From Tubiluchus corallicola (taxonomy: Eukaryota; Animalia; Priapulida): 64,000 nt of DNA. The position numbers and the translations under genes are program-made. Under the pieces are notes generated by a model. The model saw only the letters and a program-made list of their open reading frames with translations, made no database searches and was not told the origin of the DNA. This document shows positions 36,031-50,800 of the stretch, piece after piece. The DNA lies in NCBI GenBank assembly GCA_030141605.1, contig JAQGDQ010000136.1, positions 186,001 through 250,000 of the forward strand, in the 5' to 3' direction. Numbering within the stretch: position 1 is the first letter of the stretch; each line of letters starts with the position of its first letter.

Positions 36031-38130
36031 ACCTACCATTACATTGCTCAACTAATAATTAGTGACGAGATTAAAGTAATAACAGTAAGGTGGTCTGTAT
36101 GAGAGAACGTCCAGTAAACTCTTCCCAGTGGGATCTGGGGCAGGACCCCGAAGACCAACACGTTTCCTGCATTTTAGAAGATTTTGAGGGATTTTTAGCA
36201 ACTGAGCTTACGTATGAGATATGCACTGGCGCTGTTGCAAATCATCATTACTTTTTTGACGCAATCAAGGGTGCTAACCCGCGAAAGAAATGGAAAATAT
36301 AAATAAAGCTTCATAAGAAAAACACGGAACCTCACTTAATGATGTTAATAATTTAAAGATTGCCAAATCAAAGTTTTCGCACTTCCTGAATTGTTGTCTC
36401 ATACCCTCTGGAGGTGCGGGTACCCCTGATCGGAAAACTCTGTTGCAAATAATGATGGACCATGAAATCATGTATTTTGTGCGTGACATTTCGCGCTTAA
36501 CTGTACCAAAAATTGTTTCATACTTTAGTAGTAACACATGCAATCACTTATACCGCTATGCTTCAGTATACTTTAATATAGTCGAAGAAACTTAGTCTTT
36601 CTCACATAAAGCATCCAATTACAGTGGACGATAATAATTATTATTTGAAAGTAATCACTAGAAAACATCTAAAATTGGAAACGCTGCATTTGTCAGCAGG
36701 CATCAGAAATACGACTGGAAGTTATGCGCAAAATTCTATTGAAAATCGTCACGACATAGCCCATAGAAACGAATGAAACTTACGTAAATATTCGCTAAGA
36801 CAATTGAAAAAGTACCTTTACGTTTCTAGTTTTGGCCAGGAGTCCTCTTTTGGTTCACGTCCTCTGTTGCTGTGAAAGTGTTCCAACGCCGAACTGATTA
36901 TTAATTGATCTGCCGTTGCTTCGGTAACTCCAGCGCTGCAGAGTGTCGATTTCTGTGCAAAAATTAGTACATAGGTGTGTTTCACAATCCTGCAAGTCTA
37001 CAAAAAACCCTGTCCAAGTTCAAGCATTAATAACAGCTCTGTCAATAATAATGCTTATCTTATTTTGTTTACTCAAGTCGCATCAACTTTCTGAAGGGCG
37101 TGATAAGTCCTAAAAATGTTGAGAAAGGTTTAAACATGCATAGTAACAAAAACAAAAAGGAAGTCTAATTGTTTGAAATCTTATTTCCAAACCCGATTTC
37201 TTGTGATAAATTCACGTCCTACCAAAAGTTGCAACAATAATTTTTTCAAACGGAAAAGCTAATTCTTACTTCAATATTTGTTAATAGAGCCGCGCAAGAT
37301 CTACCCCTCTCTTCTTGTGTATGATTAAGTTCATAGTCCATCCAGATAAGAATTTACCTTCTAGAACACGCCCAGTGTACAATCGTGCAAGACATTTTTG
37401 TTTATATAAGCTATAAATAAAAGATAATATTTTAGATTTGACTAAGCTTAAATGTCATTTAACCATAGATTATTTTTTGGTATGCATTGCGACATAGTAT
37501 CATTATAGACAGCATTGCTGTAATTGTAGGTATGTATGTATATATGTACGCCCTAATTGATTAGTCATTTACTTTGATGTTTGCCTTGCTTTTCTTGAAA
37601 ACAACTCCCTGGGGCATACTAAATTACACCTGTGAATAAGCAGTTGTGCAAGGTATTTAACCACATGCATATGGCTAATTGTTTTAAATAATTGGTTCCT
37701 CACTGTAATATTTTTCATGTACGTTAAAATTCTCCAAGCGTGCAGCCCGTCTACTCTACTTAATGTAGATGACTGCGACGTGACTAGAACTTTGTTCATT
37801 AACCAGGATAATCTTTGAAGATGAGACGCAAGGTCACGCAATGCCGCCAGAGTTGTCTTAAGTAACCCTCTTTGCCTTTGGAGCTCCACGAACGAGAGAA
37901 ATAAATGGAGACAAAATACATGGAATGAAATCTCCTATATGCATTTTCTTCGGCAAATAACAAACCATTTGCTAGTCAGGGCCAATGTTGATGAACTTCC
38001 CATACAAGCACTTGCGGAGGCTATTCTCTTATTCACTTTATCTATACCCAGTCCAATATTAATTTAACACTAGTTTAATCTAGCAAATTTTAATTCTTCT
38101 TCTAATGTTTATCTAATCTTGCTGTCGTGT

Positions 38131-38146
38131 CGATAGATGGCAGCAC
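38131..38146 (+). promoter_or_regulatory. CTCF-like motif upstream of the plus-strand gene
   Basis: CGATAGATGGCAGCAC matches the TAGATGGCAGCA core of the CTCF consensus; motif match only. Confidence 0.35.
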
Positions 38147-38398
38147 AAGACAAAAATAATTGCAATAGGAAACTGAAGTCTATTATAATATTTCGTCTGC
38201 TGTTGAGAGCACACGCACTCTGGAGAAATATTATCCATTAGATCGTTCGGCGGCTATCCCCAGTGCAGTACGTACATGCAGTCCTCTATTAGAAATGGAA
38301 CCTCCGTTGATAAATTTTAATCAAACATGAAAACATGATTTTTTACCGTGAATTCGTTTCTTGAATTTCTATGAGTGTTTGTGAGGTGACGTGTCAAA

Positions 38399-38656
38399 AT
38401 GTCGAAAGCTGAGGACAATAATTGTCCGGAAAAGACGGATACGGACACAGAAAGGTGTGCGGCGAATGCTGCAAGATACGGATTGGTGGTGTTTCTTATA
38501 CTAATGTGCTTGGCATCGCTAGCATGTACTGTGTACTACAGCATACGATTAGAAATTTTACAAGACAGAGTGATAGTGTTAGAACAAGAGTGCGAACGGC
38601 ACAGTTCGAAAATAGAACGATTCATAGAGAAAAAATTAAAGAAAGTTTTCGACGAG
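38399..38656 (+). CDS. First coding exon of a type II transmembrane protein, probably a MACIT-type transmembrane collagen (COL13/23/25-like); EDA/gliomedin-like is an alternative
   Basis: TCAAA-ATG start; short charged tail, hydrophobic helix YGLVVFLILMCLASLACTVYYSI, heptad-like RLEILQDRVIVLEQECE...IERFIEKKLKKVFDE; in-frame donor GAG|GTACGG after 86 codons. Family is inferred from architecture only; no Gly-X-Y exon lies in the window. Confidence 0.75.
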
Positions 38657-41600
38657 GTACGGGCGAAAACCTGCTCTTTTTGATATCTCAATTATCGCAA
38701 TATGATCTTAATTGAAATGCAGATAATAATAAATTGCTTTAAAATTTACCTATTAAGTTAGGTTTATAATACAAAATGCAGTAGTATAGGGTTTCATATA
38801 GCACCACAACACACGCTTGAAAATTATTCAGTCTAATTGTTGTGCTTGGAGCACTTACTGCTAATTTGAAATAAAAAACGCAAAATGTCAGCGAATACTA
38901 TATTTGAATTAATGACAATCTGGTTATTGCTGTAATGCTAATATTGTAAGTCTATAGAAATTTATAATGATATTAATGACGATATTGTATGAGCAAATAT
39001 ATGTAATTTCAAATAGCAAAATTGGCAGCATAAAGCAGAACTTCTTTCGTAAGAAATTCGGTTCCAGTTCAGTTTTCTTTCAACAAACACAAACGTCTTT
39101 TTGTTGTGATCATTTTGAATTTCAAAATTTTAATTGAAATTAATTCGTCTTACTCACTCAGCACCTTAACAGAGAAAAGCTTTGATATTTTAAGTATAGT
39201 TAACCAATATTGAAAACTTTATTATTATATTGTCTGCCCAAAATAGGCACTGGTCAACGTTTTGAATACGTTGTGTTTTTATTTTGCATTTCATTTAATT
39301 TTATAGAAATTAGGAAGTGACATTTTAGAAGTAGAACGAAGTCGGAGAGAACTTTTACATAGTACATCAAAAGACTGCATATGCCCACCAGGTAAGTCTG
39401 TTAATTAATATCGCATATAGTGTAGATATTTTCACTCAATCATTGTAAACGTCTTCGACAAATAGAAAATTAGAAATAACTGACAAATGTAACATGCTAC
39501 ATTCTGTCACACGTTTTGAACTGGTGAAATTTCTTTTCAAAGTATTTTCTTGTAAATTGTATTCAAATTGTAGTGGCTTATTGTCAGACCTTGGATTATC
39601 ATAAAAGTTGGATATGGTGTTAATACCTCGCTCATAAAACAGAAAATGAAACAAACGCGACAAAAAAGTTTTCATCCAAGTCATAACAAAATATTTAGCT
39701 AATTTTTTACTCTTGAGCATCAGAAGTGAAATCTGGTCTGGCCCAGTGACTCAAACTGCAACGTAACTTTGTTGTTTGATTGATTATTCATCTCTGAATG
39801 TAGGCAGTACTTAAATGTCTATATGCCTAGTTTAATTATGCTGAAGGCGCACTAGAGATAATTGTTAACAATAAATTAACAAATTACGCGTCTTCTGCAT
39901 ACATGTTCAAGTTCCCTGTTCAAGGAACGTCACGCTGACCCAAACGGAAGTATGAAAATGACGGAGGACTCAGTTCTTGTTGTGCTAGCATTCATATAAT
40001 ATATTTGAACTAGAAAAACTACAATTATTTTTAATTTCGTTTAAATCATTTATCAAAGTTCAAGCTGTATAGTAAAAATTCGCTGGATGAAAATAAGAGA
40101 ACACTGAATGCAGAACAGAAGAATTCGATCCTTGGCGTTTGAAAAGATAAATGATCTTAAATCGTGGCAGAAATTGAATAAACTTGTTGGCAATAAAACT
40201 GGCGAGGCGTCAGGTTTTGAACGTTTTTCTGATTTCAGCCCGCTGACTCAATTGCGAAGGTTCTGCACATAAAATTTTCATTTTGTTTTCGTGCTATTCA
40301 TCAAATGAAGTTGATTCCTAGGGCTTCATGCAACGTTGGCTAAAAGGGTGGCACATCTCACAAACCACATTGTGAGAATAGGTGCAAATTAATGAAACTA
40401 TGCATTTAAACAGTTTTAACTATCTCTTGTTAACCAGAGTAGGACAAATTGTAATTAACTATGATCACTATGACCTTTTGAGGACTATTAAGACTTTCCT
40501 TTTCATTATTTCGGTTGGTTGTTTGTGTCGAAAATTTGGTTGCGCTTTGTGAACAAATTAAAATTTTTGTCGTGACATCATTTGTTCGCGATATCGCGGC
40601 TTAGCAGAGCTCCAGAGTAAGAAAACAATGAACGTTTCACTTAAAAGTAACAATGTTTAAAAGCAGACTCATAAAGTTTCTTGAGCTTTTTCTATTACAC
40701 CCGTCATTATGAATGACTGTAATGTATGTCGTCTGTTTTAGACGTTGGAAAGAGCAAACAGAGTTTTTAAAAATTATGTCTATTTAAAGGAAATTCACTC
40801 TAACGACTAAAAACAAAGTGGTAAGAGTCGTTTTTCAGATTACTCAGTTGTTAATTACTTCAGTTATGTATAATTACCAGATAAACAGAAAGAAATTGTG
40901 AAAAGGTATGGACTGAGCTACGTTTGAACCAGAGACCTGCGCGGGTCAGTTTTCTAACGCACTGGCTTTAAAATTTCAAAATCATTGTTTCGTATCATCG
41001 TTGAAATATGCCATCATTTCTTGCTATTATATTGAACTAAATTTAAACATTTTCACACCCATAAGAATAATAAGATGTGTTAAAGTACAGCGTTGTACAA
41101 TAATGACTAAATAAAAAACACATGTGTATACGGATATATCATGCACTTGCATTTCTTTTTTCACAACGTAGATAAGACATTTGAAAAAAGTTGATAAATT
41201 TATTACACCCAGTGTTTTGCCAGCTAAAGGCATAGGCACGTTTCATATGATAGAATTACAGGCGTTGCTGACAGTTCCAGATACAGATGCCACTGCTTAT
41301 TACTCGTTATTGAACCAGAATAAGAATTAAGAGAGAAGGAAAGTCAAAAGCGCTTCAAAATGAAAATTTATTTTCTGCTCAATTTCGCGCGTCTTTTTGA
41401 TTGTTGATTATTCCGATCAATTTTTCCGATGAATATGGAATATTCTACATGTATACTACAGCGTGTGTAGTTATAACACTGCATCGTGTGCAGAGTTACA
41501 TTAAAGCATTGCAAGCGGTCCTTTATAATTTGCTTTTTATAGTTACAGGTTCGATATTAAAATGTTTATAAAGTGTTCAGGTAATTGTAAAAACACCCTT

Positions 41601-43235
41601 TCTTACTCCAGTTTACGTCAGCCTATAATATTAATTGTTAATGTACAAACACGACTTAAGTAAAAATTAGTAACTAGCTATAGATTTGTTCTAGGAAGGT
41701 GTCTACAAAAATATCAATCATAGCCATTTCGCTATGATAGATATTGTAATTATTATAAACTAGTTGCAGTCTATAGAATTTGTCACGTTGTCTTGTTTGT
41801 GCACATAGAAATGAAAGTTTCTTGCTCATTTCTTCTTATCGTCCGTCTGACGTTGGTACCGACACTATTTTGCCACTCAAAAAGATTCTCATGTTCCAGT
41901 AGTAACAGTTTGTTACCATTTCACTAACCCTTTTGCACAGCCTTGACCCCTGAGTAACCACTCCTTTTGGTTACGACCCCTTGGTCTTTCTAGAAAGTAG
42001 AACCGATACTTTCGCAGACACAATAATTCAAAAGTGGCACATCAGCAGGTTTCAGTAACAGATGGCTTTAAAAAAACATAAACTGATATAAGGTTTTCTG
42101 CTTCAGTTAGCTGATTAGCTGTTACTTCTTGATATACATATTACTACCATCAACAATGCAAACTAAACCAGACCATTGAGTTATGTTAGAAGAAACGTTT
42201 TTTGGACAGAGGCTGTAGTGTGAAAGTTAAGTGAATCGTTCAAAAGTCAAAAGGCGACAAACACAAGCATCTGGATAAGCGGAAGACACGACAGAAGATG
42301 TGAAATAGGAATTTTTTAGCTAAACGTAAACTGCTTTTGTTGCTTTTTGCCTGGCAAATTTTTTTCCCCGATTTCACACTTGCCGGTTTTGCCGTTGCAT
42401 CATCGCCGCAAATTCCGGATCCAAGTGCTTATGCCATTAGCCTATTTTTACATGAAAATCCCATAACTTTGTAAAGTGAAATGAGGAAAGGCTTAAATTT
42501 GTTATAGCAAGGTTTGAAATAAACTACATGTAAATTTTTTAAGATTTCCACAATATGAAGACTTTTTATTATCCATCTCATGAATTTGCAAGCTATTTAC
42601 GTTTCCAAGCTATTTGTAAGTTGTTTATGCTGCAATCACTCTTTTTCGGTTAATAAAATTGGGTTAGTAAAACCGAGTCCAAAGAATTTTTCAATTTAAA
42701 GAACAGAAAGCGAAAAGTGCCATAAACGTCAAATAATATATCTCAATGTCGAATATATCTCAATACCAAATTTCTGCTACCTTAACTCGTCTTCCACATT
42801 CACTACACCAAACTGGGGAACCTTATAATAGGATCACAGAACTCATCTAGTTCTCCTAAACTATTTCCTGCGTGGCTATTTTGAGCATCCCTTCTCTGAT
42901 TCTGTCCCAAATTACCAGTGCTCCGTTCGAAGTGTTTTCGAAATTCTATAACTCGCTCTATTGTCAACAAAATCTGGTTTTGCTTTTGACTCTTTCCGTG
43001 CTAAATTGACTGTGAGTGGCTGAGCTGGCTTGAGGAGGCTTACTGAGAATTGCAAGCTGAGCCAAGAGAGGTTAATTGGGATGTTTTCGAGTCAAGCGAA
43101 TATGTGAAATTGTGATAAATTCCAACGATGCCAGTAACGTACACGTTAAAGCAAAAAAGACTGGGAGTTTGGGAGAGGTGGATAGAAATACGCAGAGACG
43201 ATAAGGAGAAAGAAAGGTGGAGAGAAGACAGAGAT

Positions 43236-43476
<241 letters not shown>

Positions 43477-43954
43477 TTAGGAGAATTGATTTGATTCTTT
43501 ATTTCGAACATAAGATTAACCTTCACCACTACCACTTTCAACACATAACATGTTGTTGTGAAAAAGAAATCACAAAACTTAATTAACTCACATACACACA
43601 AAAAGTACAATAATAATGTTCGCCACCGTTGTCTTATGTGCCACGTAAATTTAGCATCACTTACCAAGATTTTCTGATATATTAAAATCTCATTATGCTA
43701 ACTACGCATTTTCTATATAATACATCAAAACAAATCACAAAAGAGCACGTAGGAGAGAGAGAGAGAGAGATAGAGAGAGAGAGAACGAAAGAAGGAGAGA
43801 GAAAGGAAGGAGTGCTAATACGAAATAACACTGTGCTAATGCTAGTGCTAGTACTGGTGCTGCTTGTACTATTAATATTAGTACTTGTGCTAGATAAAGT
43901 ACTAATACTAATCTCTCTTTCACTCTCTCTTCTTATTAGTGCTAGTACTAATAT

Positions 43955-44250
43955 TAGCACTAATACTAATACTAACACTAACGCTAATACTAATACTAAT
44001 ACTAATACTAATACTAATACTAATACTAATACTAATACTAATACTAATACTAATACTAATACTAATACTAATACTAATACTAATACTAATACTAATACTA
44101 ATACTAATACTAATACTAATACTAATACTAATACTAATACTAATACTAATACTAATAATAATAATATTAATACTAATAATGATACTAATATTAATATTAT
44201 TGCTAATATTAATACTAAGACTAACACTATCACTAACACTAATAATATTA
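43955..44250. repeat. (TAATAC)n hexamer microsatellite with degenerate flanks
   Basis: Pure core about 43985-44156. Confidence 0.97.
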
Positions 44251-46290
44251 CTGCTACATGTATGGTCTAGTACCAATACTAGCCTATATTAATAGCGCGT
44301 TAATTCTTAGCAGTTTTATTCATACACAGAATAACTGCGACATTAAATTTGTAAACTGTAAATTTTGTTGCACTTTACAGTCTCTCCGTAGTTTTGACAT
44401 TTTAGAATTCATATATGCAACATTTCATATTTCTTTAAATGGTAGCACTTTAATTACGTAACTGAGCATCTAGTCGACCATTTTAAATTTGATTCATTTA
44501 TAATTGAATTGACACAGAAGGTGAATTCGTTGTATAATCACTGTAGCTTTTCATTTTCCGAGTTGTGATGCTTCGATTTCCAAATGAAAATAGCTTTAAA
44601 ATCGTGTAATTATAGCTGATTCTAGCTGATAGCTATTTAAGGTGTAAAAATAAAGTGCATTAATCTTTGATGCACCTCATTTTAGGCCACCTAGGACGAA
44701 TTGAGCTATTCCACTGCAAGGCCCCGTTGTACAAGTGTTTAAGTTAAGGTTCTAAAGTACGAGCTACAGTTTAATAGTAATTACGCAAAAAATATTTTTT
44801 ACCGTGATTATTTGTGATAAACTTTGTGCAACACTAAGAGTTAGTTTAAACATAATTTATAATAGGATTCGATCAGATAGTTTCAAAGCACGCTTCAAGG
44901 TCCTCACCACACTACACACTATATATAAACATTTACAATAAGAATTGACTATATCTATACACGACCTGACAAGTTTACTACAAGATAACATTAATAATAA
45001 CTAATAAACAGACAGTTAAAAATGTTAATGTACGAATATTTAAGGCTAACGCATTTCATATGAGGCAGAACTACTGGAAGCGTTTTGTACGAAATATGAA
45101 GTTATGTACACGTTGGAATATTTACAATTAGCAACATAATTAAAGTCATCTTTTCCAGATCAACAGATTATTACTTCCCAGAGCAGCTATATTAAGGTTT
45201 TTTGAGGCAACAGTATTTCATTTAGTTTATAACTATGTTTGCTATAAATTTTGTAACAAATATAACAACCCTAGTTTGTTGACATAATGGGCAGTATAAG
45301 AAGTGTTCGCCAGACTCAAACCGAAATCCACAATTGCAATTCGACAATACTGGATGACCGTGATTATCTTTACAGCCTTTAGAGAAATTAAGGTCAGTGC
45401 AGATTATTCTTCTTGTATGTTATCGACTTTAGTTATTTATTCTGTTATAAATTCAAGCGTTGATACCGCTTATTTCTTATTTGGCTGTGCTGCAAAGCCA
45501 ATGTTGACATGAGGGATTTTCACTTCCGTTCTGATCTCTGCTGAGTCCCATTGAATGGATGGTAAATTAATTTTTCATTTTTCTTTGAGGATAATTCTGT
45601 TTCATTTTCTCAAATAGTGTTTATTCTGGTGTTACTTAAAATGCCATTTGGATGCATTAGCGGTCAAGGCTTTGGCTGTTTTCATATTACCTCACGCTTA
45701 AAGGAAAAAGCAAGCCTTCCAGGAAGTTAGGCTGATTTCAATGTTCGCGCAAAATGTTTGAATGAATTAATAATGGAAGTGTGATAAGCGCCTAATGTAA
45801 TTAGTAAAATGACTTTAAGTCACGACCATTTCACGCTCGGGTGCCTCCAGTTTGAACGCTCATTGTTCCACCAATGACGTCGTTAATCAATTAGAGAAAG
45901 GCACCACACTGTCAATTGCGGTCAAAAGTATAATAAGTTTTTACAAAAAATAAATAGCTAGTTTTGTGACATTTTTGCCTGAGCATTAGGTAAGCTGCAG
46001 AAGTTTGACTTAGTTTAAGCAGCACGCGCTTACGGAAAGCTACGATGCACTTGCAAATAATCACGAAGTCTGCCAGTTACGTCACAATTTTCAAGCGAAT
46101 GGCGGCTACCTGAAAATTTTTGTGCAACTGTAGTATATATTAACTTTAGGCTTTATAGATTGTTTTGCTTATAGTTTAGTCTTTGCTATATTTTTCTAAG
46201 TTTAAGTGATAACAGTAAAACAAACCCAGCATGCTAAATGACTTGTCGTTCCTTTAAATGATGACAAAACATGAAGGAAGATGATTATAG

Positions 46291-46500
46291 AGTGGTGGTG
46301 TTGTTGTTGATTGTGGTGGTGGTACTGGTGGCGGTGGTGATTTTGGTAATGGTGTCGGTGGTGGTTGTGGTGGTGATAATGGTGGTGGTGATGATGGCAG
46401 CAGCAGCAATGTCAATGGTGGCACAGTGGCAGTGATGATGGTGGTTGGTGGTGGTGGTGGTTGTGGTGTTGGTGGTGGTGGAGGTGGTGGTAGTAGTTGG
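46291..46500. repeat. Degenerate (GGT)n tract
   Basis: Seen directly; a shorter one lies at about 50770-50870. Confidence 0.9.
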
Positions 46501-47835
46501 CAGTGATTCTAGTGGAATACAGGTGACGATGATGATTTCAACATTGTTAATTATCAAGATGGTGATGGGAAAATTTATGTGAAAAATAATTGAGTAGTTA
46601 CGATATGTACTCGCTGCGACGTCAAATAGCGTTTGTTTTGTTAGTAAATGAATGAATGACTACTATTAAGGCAGCTTCATCTGCTAAAATCATTTGCTAC
46701 CTTAGATTATCTCGAAGGAGTATGTATGTACGCACCTAAATCTCCAAACTTGGCGAAGACTTGCTGCCTGTGCAGAGCTTCATCTCAGAGATCTGCACAA
46801 CAGTGCTTGAGCAGCAGACTGGCACCCTATATAAAAGAAGCAATGCTTATGATATGAACAGAGAAAGACCAAAATTATGAAAAAAGCCCTTAGAAAAACG
46901 AATTTATTATAGAAAAAGCGAAGCTAGCTTTCCAATGACATTTTTAGCAAAAGCCTTGGTTCTTTGATCTCGTCTTGGCCCAAACCCAAGAATTCCCTAT
47001 AATGAAAGTCCATGCCAACACAACAGTCCTTATCCGACTTTGAATTCTTAAATTATTTCATTCACACTATGCCTAAACTTTTCCGACCAGGTGACTGCAT
47101 TATGCATCGTCCATTCAGTGCCAAAATCGCCCACTAGTGTCACTTTAATCGCTTATTTACGAGTTTTGCTTTCAGCTTGCTACAAACACAGGTAACAATG
47201 CAAAGAATGGCCCCCGGGAATTTAACCACTTTATTCGGCAGCTGGGAGAAGTAAAAATCAGGTTATAACAATGTAAGCTTGATTCTCTCCGTTCCTTAAA
47301 AGTAATTATGCACCCATGTACTCACAGAAATGCATGGACATTAGCTATTGAACGAGAAACTACTATATAAAAATTTTCCATATAACTAGGCGTATAATTG
47401 TGGATATATTTATGCATACCGTTAAGAAAAATTGTGCGATGAAATTTATCCCTGAGAAGCAAACTTGGTTGCAGTCACGAAAACTGGTATTGATCTTATT
47501 ACCAACATGTTTTGTGTGGTTTTCACACTTTGCTTGTTTGTAATCTTGCACTCATTCTGAGAATGTTGAAAAATGCGTCGCAATATTAATCGTTTTTTAA
47601 TTTTGACGATGTCGTAGTTACAAAAGACGCTAATTAGTAAAATGTCAATGACGAAAAGTGACGTTTGAAAATCGTTAAGAAAATGTCAACAAATTGTGCA
47701 TTGGGGTTTATTGGCACACGGAAATAAGTTGTCAGAAGGGCAAAGACTGTATTTCGTTTTGGACACTTTCCGGTATTCATGCAAAACAATACGAATATTT
47801 TTGTGTCGTATGTTTATTATTATTGTTATATTATA

Positions 47836-47875
<40 letters not shown>

Positions 47876-50800
47876 CGAATGTTTTTATTAAGAAATTAGT
47901 CTATAACGTTTAGAAAGGGCTTTTATAAAAAGGTTTTCCCCTGCCACCGTGAAATTTATGCTGACATCCTGGAAAGCATTTTTTCTATGGTTTCTAATAC
48001 CATTTTGGCTAACATACTGAAAAGTATTTGCTTTTTAAGCCGTTGAAACTTAAGGGATTACAGTTAAAATATGTCGGTGTGCAGTCGATCGTGTAAGGCA
48101 CTTCTAAAACTTTGATGAAATAGTGTATGACGACTAAATATCATCAATCTATTTGAAACCATGTAAAACGAATGGAAAAAGTTTTTTGTGTAAACATGGT
48201 TTTTTTCTTTCTTCACAATTCGGCAACAACGCAATTAAAAGAAAATGTAAAACATAAAGTGAAATACAAACGGCAATAATAAAAAACATTTACACTATTT
48301 ACAAAACTGGAAAACAATTAAAATACAAAGAGTGAATACATTCATATGCTTGTTGAATTTCAGAATTTAGCCAAATTGACCAGTCTTTTTTAAAAAAAAA
48401 TTCTGTTCATATACCAAAAGTTCGTATCTTACACGAGAGGGTAGTGTATTCTCTACATGTTGCTAAAATACTTTAGCCAATCGGTTCTACAGGTTATGAC
48501 CTCTTGTGACAGAAGGAGCACGAAGAAACATTTCCCAAATTTGTTTTTGTTGTGTCGGCAAACACGCAGTCTATCTTAAGAAACTCACCCGCTAACAATT
48601 TGACTCTTTTAACTGCATACTTTTTGCGTCGTAACGTGTTGCGTCATCTGTCGGTGAATGCCAGTAAAAACATTCCGGCGAATTTACATGCTGTTGAAAT
48701 TTTTCAAAGAAATACCTTGCGTGTCGCGAACGTTAGCGCTGGCTTCCTGACCGCTGTTGTACCGAGTTTTTTCACACGGCTCGCTTATGAAAATAACCGG
48801 CGTCACATCCGGACTGCTATCTGTGCCATAGTAAAAAAACAGTGTTTTTTTATCGCTTTATGATTGGTATTTTTGGAGTGCTGTAGAAGTTCAGCTCAGC
48901 TGTGCAAGCTCTCACAGCAGTTATGTTGTTACATAATGTAGAATAGACTTTACTGATGAATAGCAGTCTAAAAAGTATAGCATAACAATGGTGTCTGTTT
49001 AGCATAATTTTCAAAATCAATGTGTCTTATGGCTACATAACTGACTGTTTGTGGACTAATATTTGATTCAGACTTTCGGAAAAAGACCGAATAACAGATG
49101 TATAAAGTGCTGCCAACTCTTATTACTGCAGAAACATATATCTGAACGATGCTGACCTATCTTATTGTGACTGAGATGTTGTTTCTCAAGTGACTGATCT
49201 GACAGCTAATCCCAGCTATATTATGGGGGTCAAACAGTAAAACAGCTTCAAAGCTTATTCAGGACTTGATGAAAGGATTCCACGTAGCTCATTGGACGAT
49301 CCTAGCCTTATTGGTCTAGATTGGCAATTATACTTTTTGTAATGGTTTCATCTGAGTTTTTAACTAGAGTTTATAAAAATTCGAATGCTGTATATTATAA
49401 TTTTGTTCTAAATTTCTATTATAACTCTGTATGTTTGATTGTAATATTTATTTACTGTAAATGCTGTTGTGTTTTTTTTATTTTATCATTGTGTTGTATG
49501 ACGAATATACCCTATACGTGGGACTCCTGTCTGTGCGGTTTTTTTTGTAAAGTATTATAGTGTATTCTAGTGATTGTAATATATTGTAATGTGCTGGATC
49601 GGTATAATATGATAATATACAGGATCGATAAATTTACAGATCATACGCTTCGCATTTTATTAACAAAATTTTTGTTAAAAATCATAAAATTTGTCTTATT
49701 TTATACTAAAAAACTATACAGGGTACTTAAGGCGAGGTTGCATTAGAATCCACAATTCTCAAGTCGGATATGCCTTTAGTAACTCAAGTTTTAAACATTT
49801 TCTCCTCGTGTTCGTAACAGTTAGAGAGGACTTAAAAAAACGTAACAGCTTTTTAGAACGTAAAAAGCTTCATGTGGTTGCCTACAAGACCCAAGCGAAA
49901 AAAGATACATTGTGAACGTAGCTTAAGGCTGAAACGTTGCCTGCCGCTTTGCCAGTTGCACACATCAAGCATTGATTTGGGCAAGTTGCCAATATTGTAA
50001 TAAAACATAAAAATTAAATAGCAAAAACAACCTATTTAGCAAAGAAATGTGCACAATTCTTGTGCTGAAAAGTGAACTAAGGTCACATTTCTTCTGGCTC
50101 CAACAAGACCTAACTTCTTTGGATCTTGCAGCCGAAAGTCATCCAGTAAATCCGGTTACATGGTCTGCTGTTGAGGCGCAGTGGGTCCCCATGTTACCGG
50201 GATTACACGTTCCCAAGGGATTAAGCGATTTCCAGGCTTGTTCCTGGCCACCTACTTTCCTAGATCCTCTGCCGCGAAGCTGACTGATTGAGCCAAATCG
50301 CATCAAGTTTCCAAAATTTAAAAATTCTTGTCATTTTCTAGATGATTCCAAAAATGTATTTGGATGCTCTAACTACGGAAAGTCTGTTGTGATATCTAAG
50401 TGGCGGTGACAAAAATGATGACGACAAATGTAATTGCTGAAAATTTCAATCAGTTTTATTTGACTTGAGCCTCATAGTGCTAAGTACCAAAGTTTACTGA
50501 TAGTGCACTATGCACATGATAAAGCTGCTGCTTTTCAGGCTAACACAGCTATTCACAGGATGTAATTTTTAAAACGGCTACAACAAGAGGTTGGTGGCTC
50601 TCCTTTTGTTATTTTCCAAATGTTTGTGTGAAATTGCTGCAGTTGACAAAATTACCAATGGACAGTCATGATTTGAGTTTTCTATTTAGCTTTCACAAGA
50701 TTGAGAGGTATAAAGATTAATAGTTTTTTGTTATACAAGTATTTACTGTTTGCTTCATTCAGCTACTTTGGTGGTTTGGTGGAGGTTGTGGTGGTGGTGG

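Noticed and set aside
37569-37889. 106-aa minus-strand ORF upstream of the plus-strand gene
   Set aside because: GTG start, no recognisable motif and no convincing splice boundaries.
48940-49640. Possible LINE C-terminus and 3'UTR remnant (also 23330-23770 on the minus strand)
   Set aside because: Only faint similarity to ORF2 C-terminal motifs; too decayed to support without a search.
49910-49940. AGC-TTAA-GGCT-GAAACGTTG resembling a Penelope-type hammerhead
   Set aside because: The CTGANGA box is absent; at most a decayed remnant.
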